Origin: Firmicutes bacterium ADurb.Bin080
Lineage (GTDB): Bacteria > Bacillota > Clostridia > Christensenellales > DTU072
Length of the DNA: 64,000 nucleotides
NCBI GenBank assembly: GCA_002070965.1
Contig: MWEH01000193.1
Span: 245-64,244, forward strand
Direction of reading: 5' to 3'
The notes under the pieces are model-generated. The model made no database searches and had not been told where the DNA came from. It saw only the letters and a program-made list of their open reading frames with translations. This document shows positions 48,701 through 57,480 of this stretch, one piece after another (within the stretch, counting starts at the first letter, position 1; the number at the start of each line of letters is the position of its first letter). The translations under genes and the position numbers were made by a program.

Positions 48701-51611
48701 TAATAACTCTTTTTGAGATCCCGCCATATGGGCCTTCAACGGATTCTGGTACGATATAGTTATCCTTAGAACTTCCCCTCAAAGCGAACCTGACTTGAAC
48801 ATTTATAGTCTCATTGGGGCTAACATCTGGAGCTGCATACGAAATCTCCGCGGTCACTTCCAGCCTAGCAAAATTGGAAGAATCGACACTTGCAATACCG
48901 TTTACTTTTTCTTGTACCACCTCGGTGCTCTGAAAAATCCGATCCCCAAATGAATCAACTCCCCCGATACCGTCAAACTCTTTTACAGTATCCACAACTG
49001 AATGATCCGCCTCTGTAAAAACCACCGTAAGTTGCTTGGGGGTTATTACATATTCTTTATCAAGTTTTCCTCTCACTATTCCGTCCTTAGAGTAGACCAC
49101 AGCATATTTTCCATTGTTTGTGACATTGATTGGCAAAACACCATAGTAATCAACTAACGCAGTGAAACCCTCTGGCCCCCCTCCAGCTAAATCAGTCTCT
49201 TGATTGAAAGCATATACCTCTTCACCGGTATAGGTTCTTGGGCTGGGAAACGCTCCCGCAGTAAGGGATATTCTTTCAATAACAATGCAAACTGATGCCA
49301 AATTCTCCATCATTTCAGTTCTTAAACTAATCTTTTTTTGATAATTATCATAAAAATAAGTTATATACTCTGGTTGTTCTAAAAGATTTTCCTCTTCATC
49401 AAAAAACAAAGAGTCATGTACATAATATCCTTCCGAAGTATCCGATATATCAACAGTAACTGCAAATCTTTGTCCCACCCAGTATTTGCTTGTTAAAGAA
49501 GGGACAGCTACGCTGTTAACTAAAACATCTGCACCCAGCAAATTCTCTTTGGTAACAGATATTTCTTTTACAAATCTCAAATAATAATCCAGATTGCGTC
49601 TTGTTTCCGAAATCAAGGGGGAATAATTATTCCCTGAAGAAATAATCTCCTCGGAAATCGTTCTATATGAACTATCCCAACCAGGAAGCGGTGTTGCAGT
49701 GAAGGTTATTTGCCCTTCTGCATCCATTGATGCAGATACATTCCCATATGTAGCAGAGAGGTGAATTACATTACCTTGTCCGGATGTTCCACTGACTCCG
49801 GCGCTCTTCAGAGGGTTATCCAGATACCATACATTCGTAAGAGCTGTGCTTACTGATACTCCAAAAATTCCTTTATGTTTGCTTATTAGTAAAGGATCAA
49901 TCTCAGAAAATGATACATCGCTGATGATATTTGAGTAAGATCCACCATCTGCCTGTCCTATAACTCCACCACCATAGTCAATACTTGCGGATACTTCTGA
50001 TCTACTGACAATATTTCTAACCGTTCCTCCTTGGCTAAAACCAACTAAACTACCGACAAAACTCCTTCCGACAAATTTACACGTGCCATCAAGAATAATA
50101 TTTTTTAGAGTACCGTTAGAAGAGAGATATCCAAAAAGGCCCACATAGGTTTGAGTGACATAAGGGGATTGTGAAAGATCAAAATTTAGGATTGAATGGT
50201 TACCACCATCATATGTACCCGAGAAAGGATTAACTGTTTCGTGCCTTCTTCCTATAATAGTGGGTGTTACGCCGGAAAAGTTCAAATCCGCAGTCTGCAA
50301 AAATACCTTTCCAAGATATGTTTCTGGTCTTGTGCTGTTTTGAACAGCTAGTGCAAGATTCGAAAAATGTGACGTATTCTCTATTAAATACGGATTATTT
50401 TCGGTTCCCCACTCATACTCGTTATGAGTATATCCATACCTTCTTATAGCTACACTGTTTTTAAAAAAATAGTTTTGAAGAAAACCGGACACTGAAGGAA
50501 CATAATTCTTAATTACCGGAGCATACCAAGCAGAATAATCTGTAGCTAAATACTTGCCTTTCTGCCAACGTGCCTCATAGGATTGACCAAATAATTCTGT
50601 CAAAGATTTATCCTGAAAATCCGCAGAATTAAGTCCTGAAAATCTATAATCCGATGCCAATATGTTATCAGGGACGGGGGCACTATCTTTTGATGTGCCA
50701 TATCCGATTGCATTTAAGTTTGTATAATTGTTGTCCTTGTTGAAATATGAATACAGGGGCGTGCTGTTGTAGCTATCATTGGTATTCATTCTTCCCCCAA
50801 TAACTCCACCTATATTCCCATTGTAATTAACTCCCGGCCAATAAGCAGAAGATATTTTCGATAAAGAGTATGTCCCGCTAATCCTTCGATAGTTCTTTCC
50901 AACAATGCCTCCCACATAGACTCCACTAGCTATGATAGAACCCGAAGAATAACATGTGTCTATGTCTCCACTAGTTCCGTTTTCCGATCCGTTAACCCCA
51001 GCGATTCCTCCTACCGAGTTTATCCCTTCTACAGTTCCATAGAAAAAGCAGTACCTGATAGTTCCAAGGTTGGTTCCGACTATCCCTCCCACTTCTGAAA
51101 CCATACTGTCATCCCCTATTTGTGCGTTTGCTACCCCCAAACCCTCAATCACTGCGGTATTGGCAGTATATCCAAACAGACCTTTCCCCGTAGTTGTTAA
51201 GTTTGATATTACATGCGGGACACCACCATATTTTCCCAAAAATTTCCCAGCAAACGGATGAGAGGCCGTTCCAATTGAATAAAATTGAACCCCCTCTTCC
51301 ATTTCTGACATATCTATATCATCGCTAAGTGCGAAGACTATACCCTGGGTCTCTTCCGGGGTCTCAGGATGATTTACTTTATTACTGAGTTCCAACAATT
51401 CATTAACTGTTCCAATTAAAAATGGATCTTGTTCTGTTCCCGAACCAGATAGAGAAAAATCAGCTTGCGCATAAATTGGGGAACTGCTAATGACCGGAAA
51501 GCCGTATTGAGTAAAAAAAGTCAAAAACAGTAACATTAAAAGACAAAAAATCAAGCATAATGTTATTGCTTTCTCAATATTCTCTTTTTTTGCTACTCTC
51601 ATGACATCCAT
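45723..51611 (-). CDS. Giant surface protein (1962 aa): N-terminal GLUG-repeat region, MBG-type repeats, C-terminal TM anchor
   Basis: Signal peptide (..PIYAQA/DFS). GTEQDPFLIGTVNELLEL followed by repeated GGIVG/GGIAG/VGGIVGKN units (GLUG pattern). Classical MBG module KTHVYGEEEAALTF..GEYAINIGNL..NPNYEIAFTPGVYSITP. C-terminus has a TM helix (IGVGSAVALVGIFIAISAAI) and a KFRNKRR tail, without LPXTG. Confidence 0.85.
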   Translation of the reverse strand: MDVMRVAKKENIEKAITLCLIFCLLMLLFLTFFTQYGFPVISSSPIYAQADFSLSGSGTEQDPFLIGTVNELLELSNKVNHPETPEETQGIVFALSDDIDMSEMEEGVQFYSIGTASHPFAGKFLGKYGGVPHVISNLTTTGKGLFGYTANTAVIEGLGVANAQIGDDSMVSEVGGIVGTNLGTIRYCFFYGTVEGINSVGGIAGVNGSENGTSGDIDTCYSSGSIIASGVYVGGIVGKNYRRISGTYSLSKISSAYWPGVNYNGNIGGVIGGRMNTNDSYNSTPLYSYFNKDNNYTNLNAIGYGTSKDSAPVPDNILASDYRFSGLNSADFQDKSLTELFGQSYEARWQKGKYLATDYSAWYAPVIKNYVPSVSGFLQNYFFKNSVAIRRYGYTHNEYEWGTENNPYLIENTSHFSNLALAVQNSTRPETYLGKVFLQTADLNFSGVTPTIIGRRHETVNPFSGTYDGGNHSILNFDLSQSPYVTQTYVGLFGYLSSNGTLKNIILDGTCKFVGRSFVGSLVGFSQGGTVRNIVSRSEVSASIDYGGGVIGQADGGSYSNIISDVSFSEIDPLLISKHKGIFGVSVSTALTNVWYLDNPLKSAGVSGTSGQGNVIHLSATYGNVSASMDAEGQITFTATPLPGWDSSYRTISEEIISSGNNYSPLISETRRNLDYYLRFVKEISVTKENLLGADVLVNSVAVPSLTSKYWVGQRFAVTVDISDTSEGYYVHDSLFFDEEENLLEQPEYITYFYDNYQKKISLRTEMMENLASVCIVIERISLTAGAFPSPRTYTGEEVYAFNQETDLAGGGPEGFTALVDYYGVLPINVTNNGKYAVVYSKDGIVRGKLDKEYVITPKQLTVVFTEADHSVVDTVKEFDGIGGVDSFGDRIFQSTEVVQEKVNGIASVDSSNFARLEVTAEISYAAPDVSPNETINVQVRFALRGSSKDNYIVPESVEGPYGGISKRVIKVVVESSLSKQYDGLSPSPPLVYYIDYRSSTFPKEMELKKAPSFSYSPEAGIVSPNSGEYLLSVTFGDVSDGNIFEIYFSDPENPEGTLEQLSYYILPRACQVTYIGFDESKYVPESTGSLVYNPSRIMSYSAEFSDIEGNKHALTLEHWENGSAMAGNPFEGGEYTSYVQEGLIYGLDPETEKNYYLANPSINFVILRAEQSLITITLPDDISEIDFTDTVELNISGGSGTGEVTFSSGLGPNGEDPTGTCTILEDILTPSKAGLVYLTATKAESRNYNEALSSIFYLTINKVSMDLSLDSAEIIYGNTYDLIFRFNGNLTPVPTGFIPPTVSIISNDFSADYDSETMYNADEYELVMSQDASSDGYEFTIDELVEISFNVLKMNVSIIADDKTHVYGEEEAALTFTLVEEIGEGEILGDLVRDPGLDCGEYAINIGNLIEVNPNYEIAFTPGVYSITPAGITIRIDPKTKLFGAPDPIPTYSVEGLKFQDTIESIELEGTVLRALGENAYKQGISSPYADYSYYAALGELAFRHNSSNYSEVITVVNATLRILPVSPEFLNIIQVRTRYGNTLSQSLYGTAQSSEMPALAEARGRQYFVSQGRWEEIIIPGTFSWKNDKIKPSFVNSATFIAEAIFNPSDRNYKVSSFNISVLPIRVSLNLRFTGENTFEYDGNNHKEMTYEFTGVLGNDGLFDSISYNGDVVNAGEYRATVTIANGNYFISNTNNTTITIEKKELIISHPNIKLPLNGTVQYMFGYEGFVEGEDPSNLERLPEIEFDNSVGVQEGVYPSGARADNYYFTYMPLDVTVLAIQLQPVSSNTDIRVTGVFEEGIECICAPVTSGLDYKNNAGKFEAAKLKYSEIINTKINSMFLIKFIDSDGEPVSESGVSTMTLTLSEDQVNRYSEFKFFGVSSSGDMVLLDAPELNGNEVTFEVQNLVSVMFLEPETETFNMLYLYIGVGSAVALVGIFIAISAAIKFRNKRRIIRFKDE

Positions 51612-51802
51612 CCGCTTCTAACCTAAATCTAAATAATCTATCATATAAATCGCTCTACTATACTAACAACTAATTATATATTTACAATTCTATCATACTG
51701 TATATATGAGTACAACATAAGTTAATTTTTTGATTTTTTACCGAAATTAATATCTTTGTTATCCTTTATATGCTAACCAAATCACTTTCTATGTTTGGTT
51801 TA

Positions 51803-54217
51803 TTACGCTTTAATTAGGATTATCATGCCACTATGTGGCTTCAATACTATTTGCTTACCAAGATTTACCTTTTTCCTTTTCTGCATTCCTGATATCTCTA
51901 AAGTGTGTATCTTCTTGTTCATAGTGGTAAATCCTAATTTATTCTCTACTCCAATTTCAAATTCAGAAACCGAACTGGAGAAATTATAAAATACCGCGAG
52001 CATATCTTCTCCACATAAGTATGAGGAGCATTTGACTTCTGATTTATCAGTCTTTACTGGATTAGAAGAGTCCCAAAACCCCCTGAAAGAAGCCTTGGAT
52101 ACATTAAAATCATCTAAGTGTCTGTACACATCTCCCAGTGCTTCGCTAACATCATATTTTAATCCGTATTTTGGGAGCATAGCAAATAGGAGGCATTTTG
52201 AAATAGAGTCGTTTTCTCGGCCAACAACAGCTGTACCATACAAAATCCCCGAACATTCCGCTAAAATTGTTTCTGGATTCTCTGGCATCCCCTCAAAGCT
52301 CCGATCGAGCCATATCTTGTCCAGGAAAGGAAGTACATCAGTATAGTAATTAAGAGAGTTTGCAAACCCACTGTTCTCGTTCAACTGATCAGAAATTTGC
52401 ATCTCGATGATGCCTGGAAAGGCTTTCTTTTTGCCAATTACCTTTTTAATTCTTTCTATTGTTGTTCGGGATAAATTTGCGTCTCTCATGGAAACAGCAT
52501 CAATGTTGGCATTGTGAACAAGGTAGTTCAACCCTTCTAAGTAGTAATTATCCATCCGAGACCTAGGTGAGGTAACAACCGCATAATCATTCAACCCTTT
52601 TCTTTTCCCTGAGGTGTACCTTACTACTTTTGCAAGAAGCACATCCTGTCCAAGTTGTTGAGAGAGCCGTGAGTCGGCATAAGTGCTATCTTTTAACCTT
52701 AATATCAACTCTTCTCCAAGAGCCTTGTATGCGTATATTTCTCGATTTTGAATACTTATATCTCTCAGGTTATATGAAACACTAATTCCAAGTCCGTTTT
52801 TATGGGCAGTCCTTGACAAAGCAGCAATAGCTTTTACGTATGGGAATGGATAATTAAGATAAGGATTAACTTCTCCTCCGTATGTAAGATTTAAATAAGT
52901 CAGTCTATCGTTCTTCGCTCTTTCAATCATTTTGTCATAAGTCGTTGCCAACTGATCCCGGCCTATCCTAAGAGCCAAGGACTTATTTAAATTGACTGGC
53001 TTAAAGGGAGTAAAATGGAGGGTAAAGAAAAATTCTTTGCTACTTTTTGCTGGCATAATTATTCTTCCAGTATATGCAGAAAAAAGTGCCCCATTTTCTG
53101 TTTTCTCGACTTTTATTCCTCCAAGTCCCCCGTTATCCCAGCTCTCGGGGACCTCTATGGGGCATTGTTTGTAAAACCCTACCACAGTTTTCGACTCACT
53201 TGCCCCCTCAAATTTTACTCTTGCGCCGCAATTGACTTTCCCTAAGAAAAACGAGTTTTGGTTGTATTGACTATCCCATTTTTTCTCATAATTTTCTATT
53301 GCACATGCCCTCTTTCCAAAACCAATCATAAAATCTGGCGAAAGGTAATACATATTTAAAGCGATGTTGGAAGTGACGACATCCTTTTCTGCAGAAATCT
53401 TTACTCTGTAAGACATGGCTCCTTCGTAAAGAAGCACGGCAATAATTTCAATTTTTACTCCGTCTCCTTTCCCATCAGCCATCAATATCCCTTTATTTTG
53501 CCTTCCAGCAATTCTGATTTTATTGTATTTTAGCTTTTTTCCTTCAATGACAATTTCCATTGGACGGTAAAATAATGTAGTTTGTATATCAGGTTCAAGA
53601 GAGTTTGAATCGTTAAAAAAAGATTCGACGTTATCTACTAGTCCATCGTTACCGAGCTTAATGTTTTTTCCCGAAAATCTAACCTCTTTCCCAACAATAT
53701 TCAAAGCGTCCAAATCATCGATTAAAGAAATATTGCGAGCAATATTGGAATTCAACCATTTAAGCCTTGACAGGGTCGTTTTGTTGTCCGTTCCCTCATT
53801 GAACACTAGTCGGTCTGATAAATCGATTTCTATTATTAGGTCATCCTTCCCAACCCTAATTTTTGTAGAATGAAGACCGATTCCAGATCTAGAAAAATTG
53901 AACCCGAAAAATAGAGGTTGTAAGACGCCTTTTTTTACTGACAAGTATTTTTTAAAATTTTCTCCTTCAAATGAAATACCCTCGGTGTTAAAGCAAGTCA
54001 CAGCTCCGATAATGTCTTTTGTACTACCTTCCAGCGGACCCGTTTGAACCTCTAATTTATCGGTAGTGTAGTCAGGAAGCAACAATAACTGAACAACAAA
54101 ATATTCATGCCTTGAGGCTGAAAACGAAAACTTTTTCCCTTCTGTCAAATCCTTAAGGATTGATAAGTCTTCGTAATCTTCAATAATACTGGCTCTATCC
54201 AATGCAAAAATTTTCAT
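51803..54217 (-). CDS. DUF4091/GH123-like glycoside hydrolase (putative beta-N-acetylgalactosaminidase-like)
   Basis: 804 aa, no signal peptide. The N-terminal segment SASRHEYFVVQLLLL resembles the A.RGE.E.FQ.V motif I recall from DUF4091/GH123 proteins. Size and context (between GH2 and surface proteins) fit. The family call is from memory only. Confidence 0.4.
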   Translation of the reverse strand: MKIFALDRASIIEDYEDLSILKDLTEGKKFSFSASRHEYFVVQLLLLPDYTTDKLEVQTGPLEGSTKDIIGAVTCFNTEGISFEGENFKKYLSVKKGVLQPLFFGFNFSRSGIGLHSTKIRVGKDDLIIEIDLSDRLVFNEGTDNKTTLSRLKWLNSNIARNISLIDDLDALNIVGKEVRFSGKNIKLGNDGLVDNVESFFNDSNSLEPDIQTTLFYRPMEIVIEGKKLKYNKIRIAGRQNKGILMADGKGDGVKIEIIAVLLYEGAMSYRVKISAEKDVVTSNIALNMYYLSPDFMIGFGKRACAIENYEKKWDSQYNQNSFFLGKVNCGARVKFEGASESKTVVGFYKQCPIEVPESWDNGGLGGIKVEKTENGALFSAYTGRIIMPAKSSKEFFFTLHFTPFKPVNLNKSLALRIGRDQLATTYDKMIERAKNDRLTYLNLTYGGEVNPYLNYPFPYVKAIAALSRTAHKNGLGISVSYNLRDISIQNREIYAYKALGEELILRLKDSTYADSRLSQQLGQDVLLAKVVRYTSGKRKGLNDYAVVTSPRSRMDNYYLEGLNYLVHNANIDAVSMRDANLSRTTIERIKKVIGKKKAFPGIIEMQISDQLNENSGFANSLNYYTDVLPFLDKIWLDRSFEGMPENPETILAECSGILYGTAVVGRENDSISKCLLFAMLPKYGLKYDVSEALGDVYRHLDDFNVSKASFRGFWDSSNPVKTDKSEVKCSSYLCGEDMLAVFYNFSSSVSEFEIGVENKLGFTTMNKKIHTLEISGMQKRKKVNLGKQIVLKPHSGMIILIKA

Positions 54218-54352
54218 ACTGTCTCCAAAATTCCCCTATTTTATTTTTTCACTCATCTTTTCTTTGCTTCTTTTTGGTTGCATAAGATGGTATAAACTCT
54301 CTTTTCCGTGAAGCTTTATTTTTAGTATAAAAAATCAAACCTCTTTTATTCT

Positions 54353-57300
54353 CTACTTTATCTCCTTATTTTCGAATGGAGTAGTAACATCCGTAAAAGG
54401 CACCATGACAAATGACATGCCATACTTTCTATCCGCAGGAAGTCTATACTCTGGCATGGTCTTCGGCCCGCAGCTATTGCTACCTATCCCTGACATAAAC
54501 CCATCTACTGAAACATAAACAGTACCTGAATCAACAATGTCCTCTCTATGTCTACATTTTGCAAGTTCCTGATCACTTATTGTCTTAACTCCAACATTTA
54601 AAAAGTCTTTATCCGCTAGGAACATTATCCCGAAGCCTTTCTCGTTTTTAAGCGATAAATATCTTACCTCTGTTCTGTTCCCACTCTCCTGAGGCCTTAT
54701 GTAAGGTTCGAGGAAATCCTTGGCATTTTTAGAGAAAACGCCTAGTTTTACATGTTCTTTAAAATCAGGATAGCTCTCGTAAGGGCCATTTCCATAATAC
54801 ACAGCTTCAGAAAACTCCCCTCCCATTTCTACGGTTTTTCCAACCCTGGGTAATTCGGGTAGATACTTTTTTGCTGGAGTCATCTCTGAATTAACCTTAA
54901 CAATTCCTCCTGAAGAAATATCGTAAATATCTTTTACAACAAAAAGTTTTTTATTTTTTGAAACCAGAATATATTCAAAACAAATACTCTTTGAATCCGA
55001 GTTGAGGATTTCCGAATACTTGATCTCTGTTCTAGTTGTATCATCGTAACCTTTTCGAAGCCATTTTCTTTTAATATTGACATCATTATCGATAGGAGCC
55101 CTAAATATGTTGTGATAAATCCTTCCCTTACAATCATTGTCTCTCAAAGGTTTATTTGCCAATAACTCTTTGCCTTGAATAGAGTAACCTACAACCGATG
55201 CAGTGGTCTTATCGAATCTGATATTTCCACTTCCAAAATCAACGTTTATAATATTTCCTGCATACTTAACCTTGATATCTGAGTTTCTGAGGGTTGGTGT
55301 CTTTGTTATACTCTCACCAATAATCAGTTGGTCTCTTCCAACAAATTTATTATTATCGAAATATTCTATTTGAATACAACAATCACCATCGTAAGTCTTG
55401 TAATTGAGGTCATATTTACGGGTCTTCCCAGGATCAATTTCGGATGGAAGTTCAAATTCAAAAGATTTCTCTCCCTCAATCAAAACTATCCCTTTGATGG
55501 TGAGATAATCTGAATTTTTAAAACTATTCAGATTCTTTAGCTCAATTATCCCTGGCTCTAATAGCTTTGCCCTAATGGGTCTATAAACATTTTTCATTTG
55601 GTGCGCACCTGTGTGAGGAGTACGATCGGGGAAGAATAGTCCATCAACGCAAAAATTCCCGTCATGTAAATATTCTCCGTGATCCCCACCATAAGTATAT
55701 TTATATTTTGCATCATCTCCGTGCTTCACTGCGTGATCAACCATTTCCCAAATACATCCCCCGAGAAGACAATCATTATCCCAAATTACTTCCCAGTACT
55801 CCTTTAGATTCCCAGCAGATACACCCATTGCGTGAGCATACTCCACCATAAAGAAAGGTTTGTTCGCATATGCCTTTGGATTTATCCCAGATGATATACT
55901 GTTTCCCGCAACTTTTTTGAGTTGCATAACAGAAGGATACATCGATGCCCCTATGTCATATGCGCCTCTCATTGAGTGGCAAGCGCGTTCATATAATATT
56001 GGTAAGAGAGTTAGTTCTTTTAATTTTTTGTAACAATAATCTTGACATTTAATTCCTGAGCTTTCATTTCCTAAAGACCAAATAATTATGCTGGGAGAGT
56101 TTCTGTCACGGTAATACATTCTTTCAACTCTATCCCACAAATGATCTTTCCATTTTAAATTGTTGCTTATTTCTCTGGGATTATATAAGCCATGAGTTTC
56201 TATATCGGCTTCTTCAATCAAATATATCCCATACAAATCCGCTAATTCTGTCAAAAGTGGATCCGGCGGATAGTGGGAAGTTCTTATTGCGTTAACATTG
56301 AAATCTTTGCAGAGAAGAATATCTTTTTCGATTTCTTTTGCGGTAAGGCAATACCCTTTTTCGGGATGGGTATCATGGTGATTAACTCCCATGATTTTTA
56401 TGTTTTTCTCATTCAAAAGCATCACTCTGCCAGATATCTTAATTGATTTAAAGCCCACATTCTTAATGATGCTCTCAAAAACCTTGCCTTCTACGATAAG
56501 ATTAATTGTAAGCTCATACAAATTAGGGGTTTCAGCGCTCCACTCTTTAACATCTAAGTTTGGAAACATAATTTTTGTGGTTTGATTAGCCTCGCAAATT
56601 TTACTTTCGATAATTTTCCCTTTGTATCTCAAGGTTGCTGAAATCTTCGATTTATCTGGATTTACTATATCCGCTGAAATAATAGTATCGTATGTCCCAG
56701 AATTGTTTTTTGTGGTAAAAAAATCAATATCAAATATATAACTTTTCTCACATACATATAGTAAAACGTCCCTAAATATCCCATTATTCCTAAACATATC
56801 CTGATCTTCCAGGTAGGAACCTGTGCACCATTTATGGACAACTACTACTATTTCATTTTCACCTGATACAAGAAAGGAAGTGATATCATACTCAGCAGTA
56901 TTGTGAGATCCCTCACCATATCCAACATATTTTCCATTGCAATACAGTTCAGAACTACTAGACACCCCAAGGAAGGAAAGTATGTAATTTTTTGATACAT
57001 CTGCTATGGTAATTTTTTTCCTGTACAACCCTATGCTGTTGTATTGTTTTTTCCCTACTTTGTAAGAATTCCCATTTATATCATCCCCATATGTCCCCTC
57101 GCAACTACCAACAGGAACTTTCGGAGGTTTAGGATTAAATGGATAAATAACGTTGGTATAAAACGGAGGCTCGTATCCGGTAAACTGCCAGCATGAAGGC
57201 ACTTTCACTTTATCAAACGTTTGATTATCTGTGTCAAGATTTCTTGGGACATCATCCATCATGCAAAAATACAAAAAATCCCAATCCCCGTTTAAACACT

Positions 57301-57454
57301 TTACGCGGTCACTCGAATATCTTTTGTCCGTAATATGAGATTCTCTGCATTTGTCTTCATCTGAAAAAGGAATAAAATATGACCTGGCTTTAAGCCTGTT
57401 GTGATTAATAATTTTAAAATCTTTGTAATTGTTCCTTCTAATATTATAGAGCAT
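54353..57454 (-). CDS. Beta-galactosidase, GH2 (LacZ-like)
   Basis: LNGDWDF, NAIRTSHYPPDP, WSLGNESS (acid/base) and EYAHAMG (nucleophile). 1033 aa with a C-terminal small-chain domain. GGAGGA RBS 26 nt after the upstream gene's stop. No signal peptide. Confidence 0.92.
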   Translation of the reverse strand: MLYNIRRNNYKDFKIINHNRLKARSYFIPFSDEDKCRESHITDKRYSSDRVKCLNGDWDFLYFCMMDDVPRNLDTDNQTFDKVKVPSCWQFTGYEPPFYTNVIYPFNPKPPKVPVGSCEGTYGDDINGNSYKVGKKQYNSIGLYRKKITIADVSKNYILSFLGVSSSSELYCNGKYVGYGEGSHNTAEYDITSFLVSGENEIVVVVHKWCTGSYLEDQDMFRNNGIFRDVLLYVCEKSYIFDIDFFTTKNNSGTYDTIISADIVNPDKSKISATLRYKGKIIESKICEANQTTKIMFPNLDVKEWSAETPNLYELTINLIVEGKVFESIIKNVGFKSIKISGRVMLLNEKNIKIMGVNHHDTHPEKGYCLTAKEIEKDILLCKDFNVNAIRTSHYPPDPLLTELADLYGIYLIEEADIETHGLYNPREISNNLKWKDHLWDRVERMYYRDRNSPSIIIWSLGNESSGIKCQDYCYKKLKELTLLPILYERACHSMRGAYDIGASMYPSVMQLKKVAGNSISSGINPKAYANKPFFMVEYAHAMGVSAGNLKEYWEVIWDNDCLLGGCIWEMVDHAVKHGDDAKYKYTYGGDHGEYLHDGNFCVDGLFFPDRTPHTGAHQMKNVYRPIRAKLLEPGIIELKNLNSFKNSDYLTIKGIVLIEGEKSFEFELPSEIDPGKTRKYDLNYKTYDGDCCIQIEYFDNNKFVGRDQLIIGESITKTPTLRNSDIKVKYAGNIINVDFGSGNIRFDKTTASVVGYSIQGKELLANKPLRDNDCKGRIYHNIFRAPIDNDVNIKRKWLRKGYDDTTRTEIKYSEILNSDSKSICFEYILVSKNKKLFVVKDIYDISSGGIVKVNSEMTPAKKYLPELPRVGKTVEMGGEFSEAVYYGNGPYESYPDFKEHVKLGVFSKNAKDFLEPYIRPQESGNRTEVRYLSLKNEKGFGIMFLADKDFLNVGVKTISDQELAKCRHREDIVDSGTVYVSVDGFMSGIGSNSCGPKTMPEYRLPADRKYGMSFVMVPFTDVTTPFENKEIK

Positions 57455-57480
57455 CTATTCCTCCTTCATGTTAATACTTA

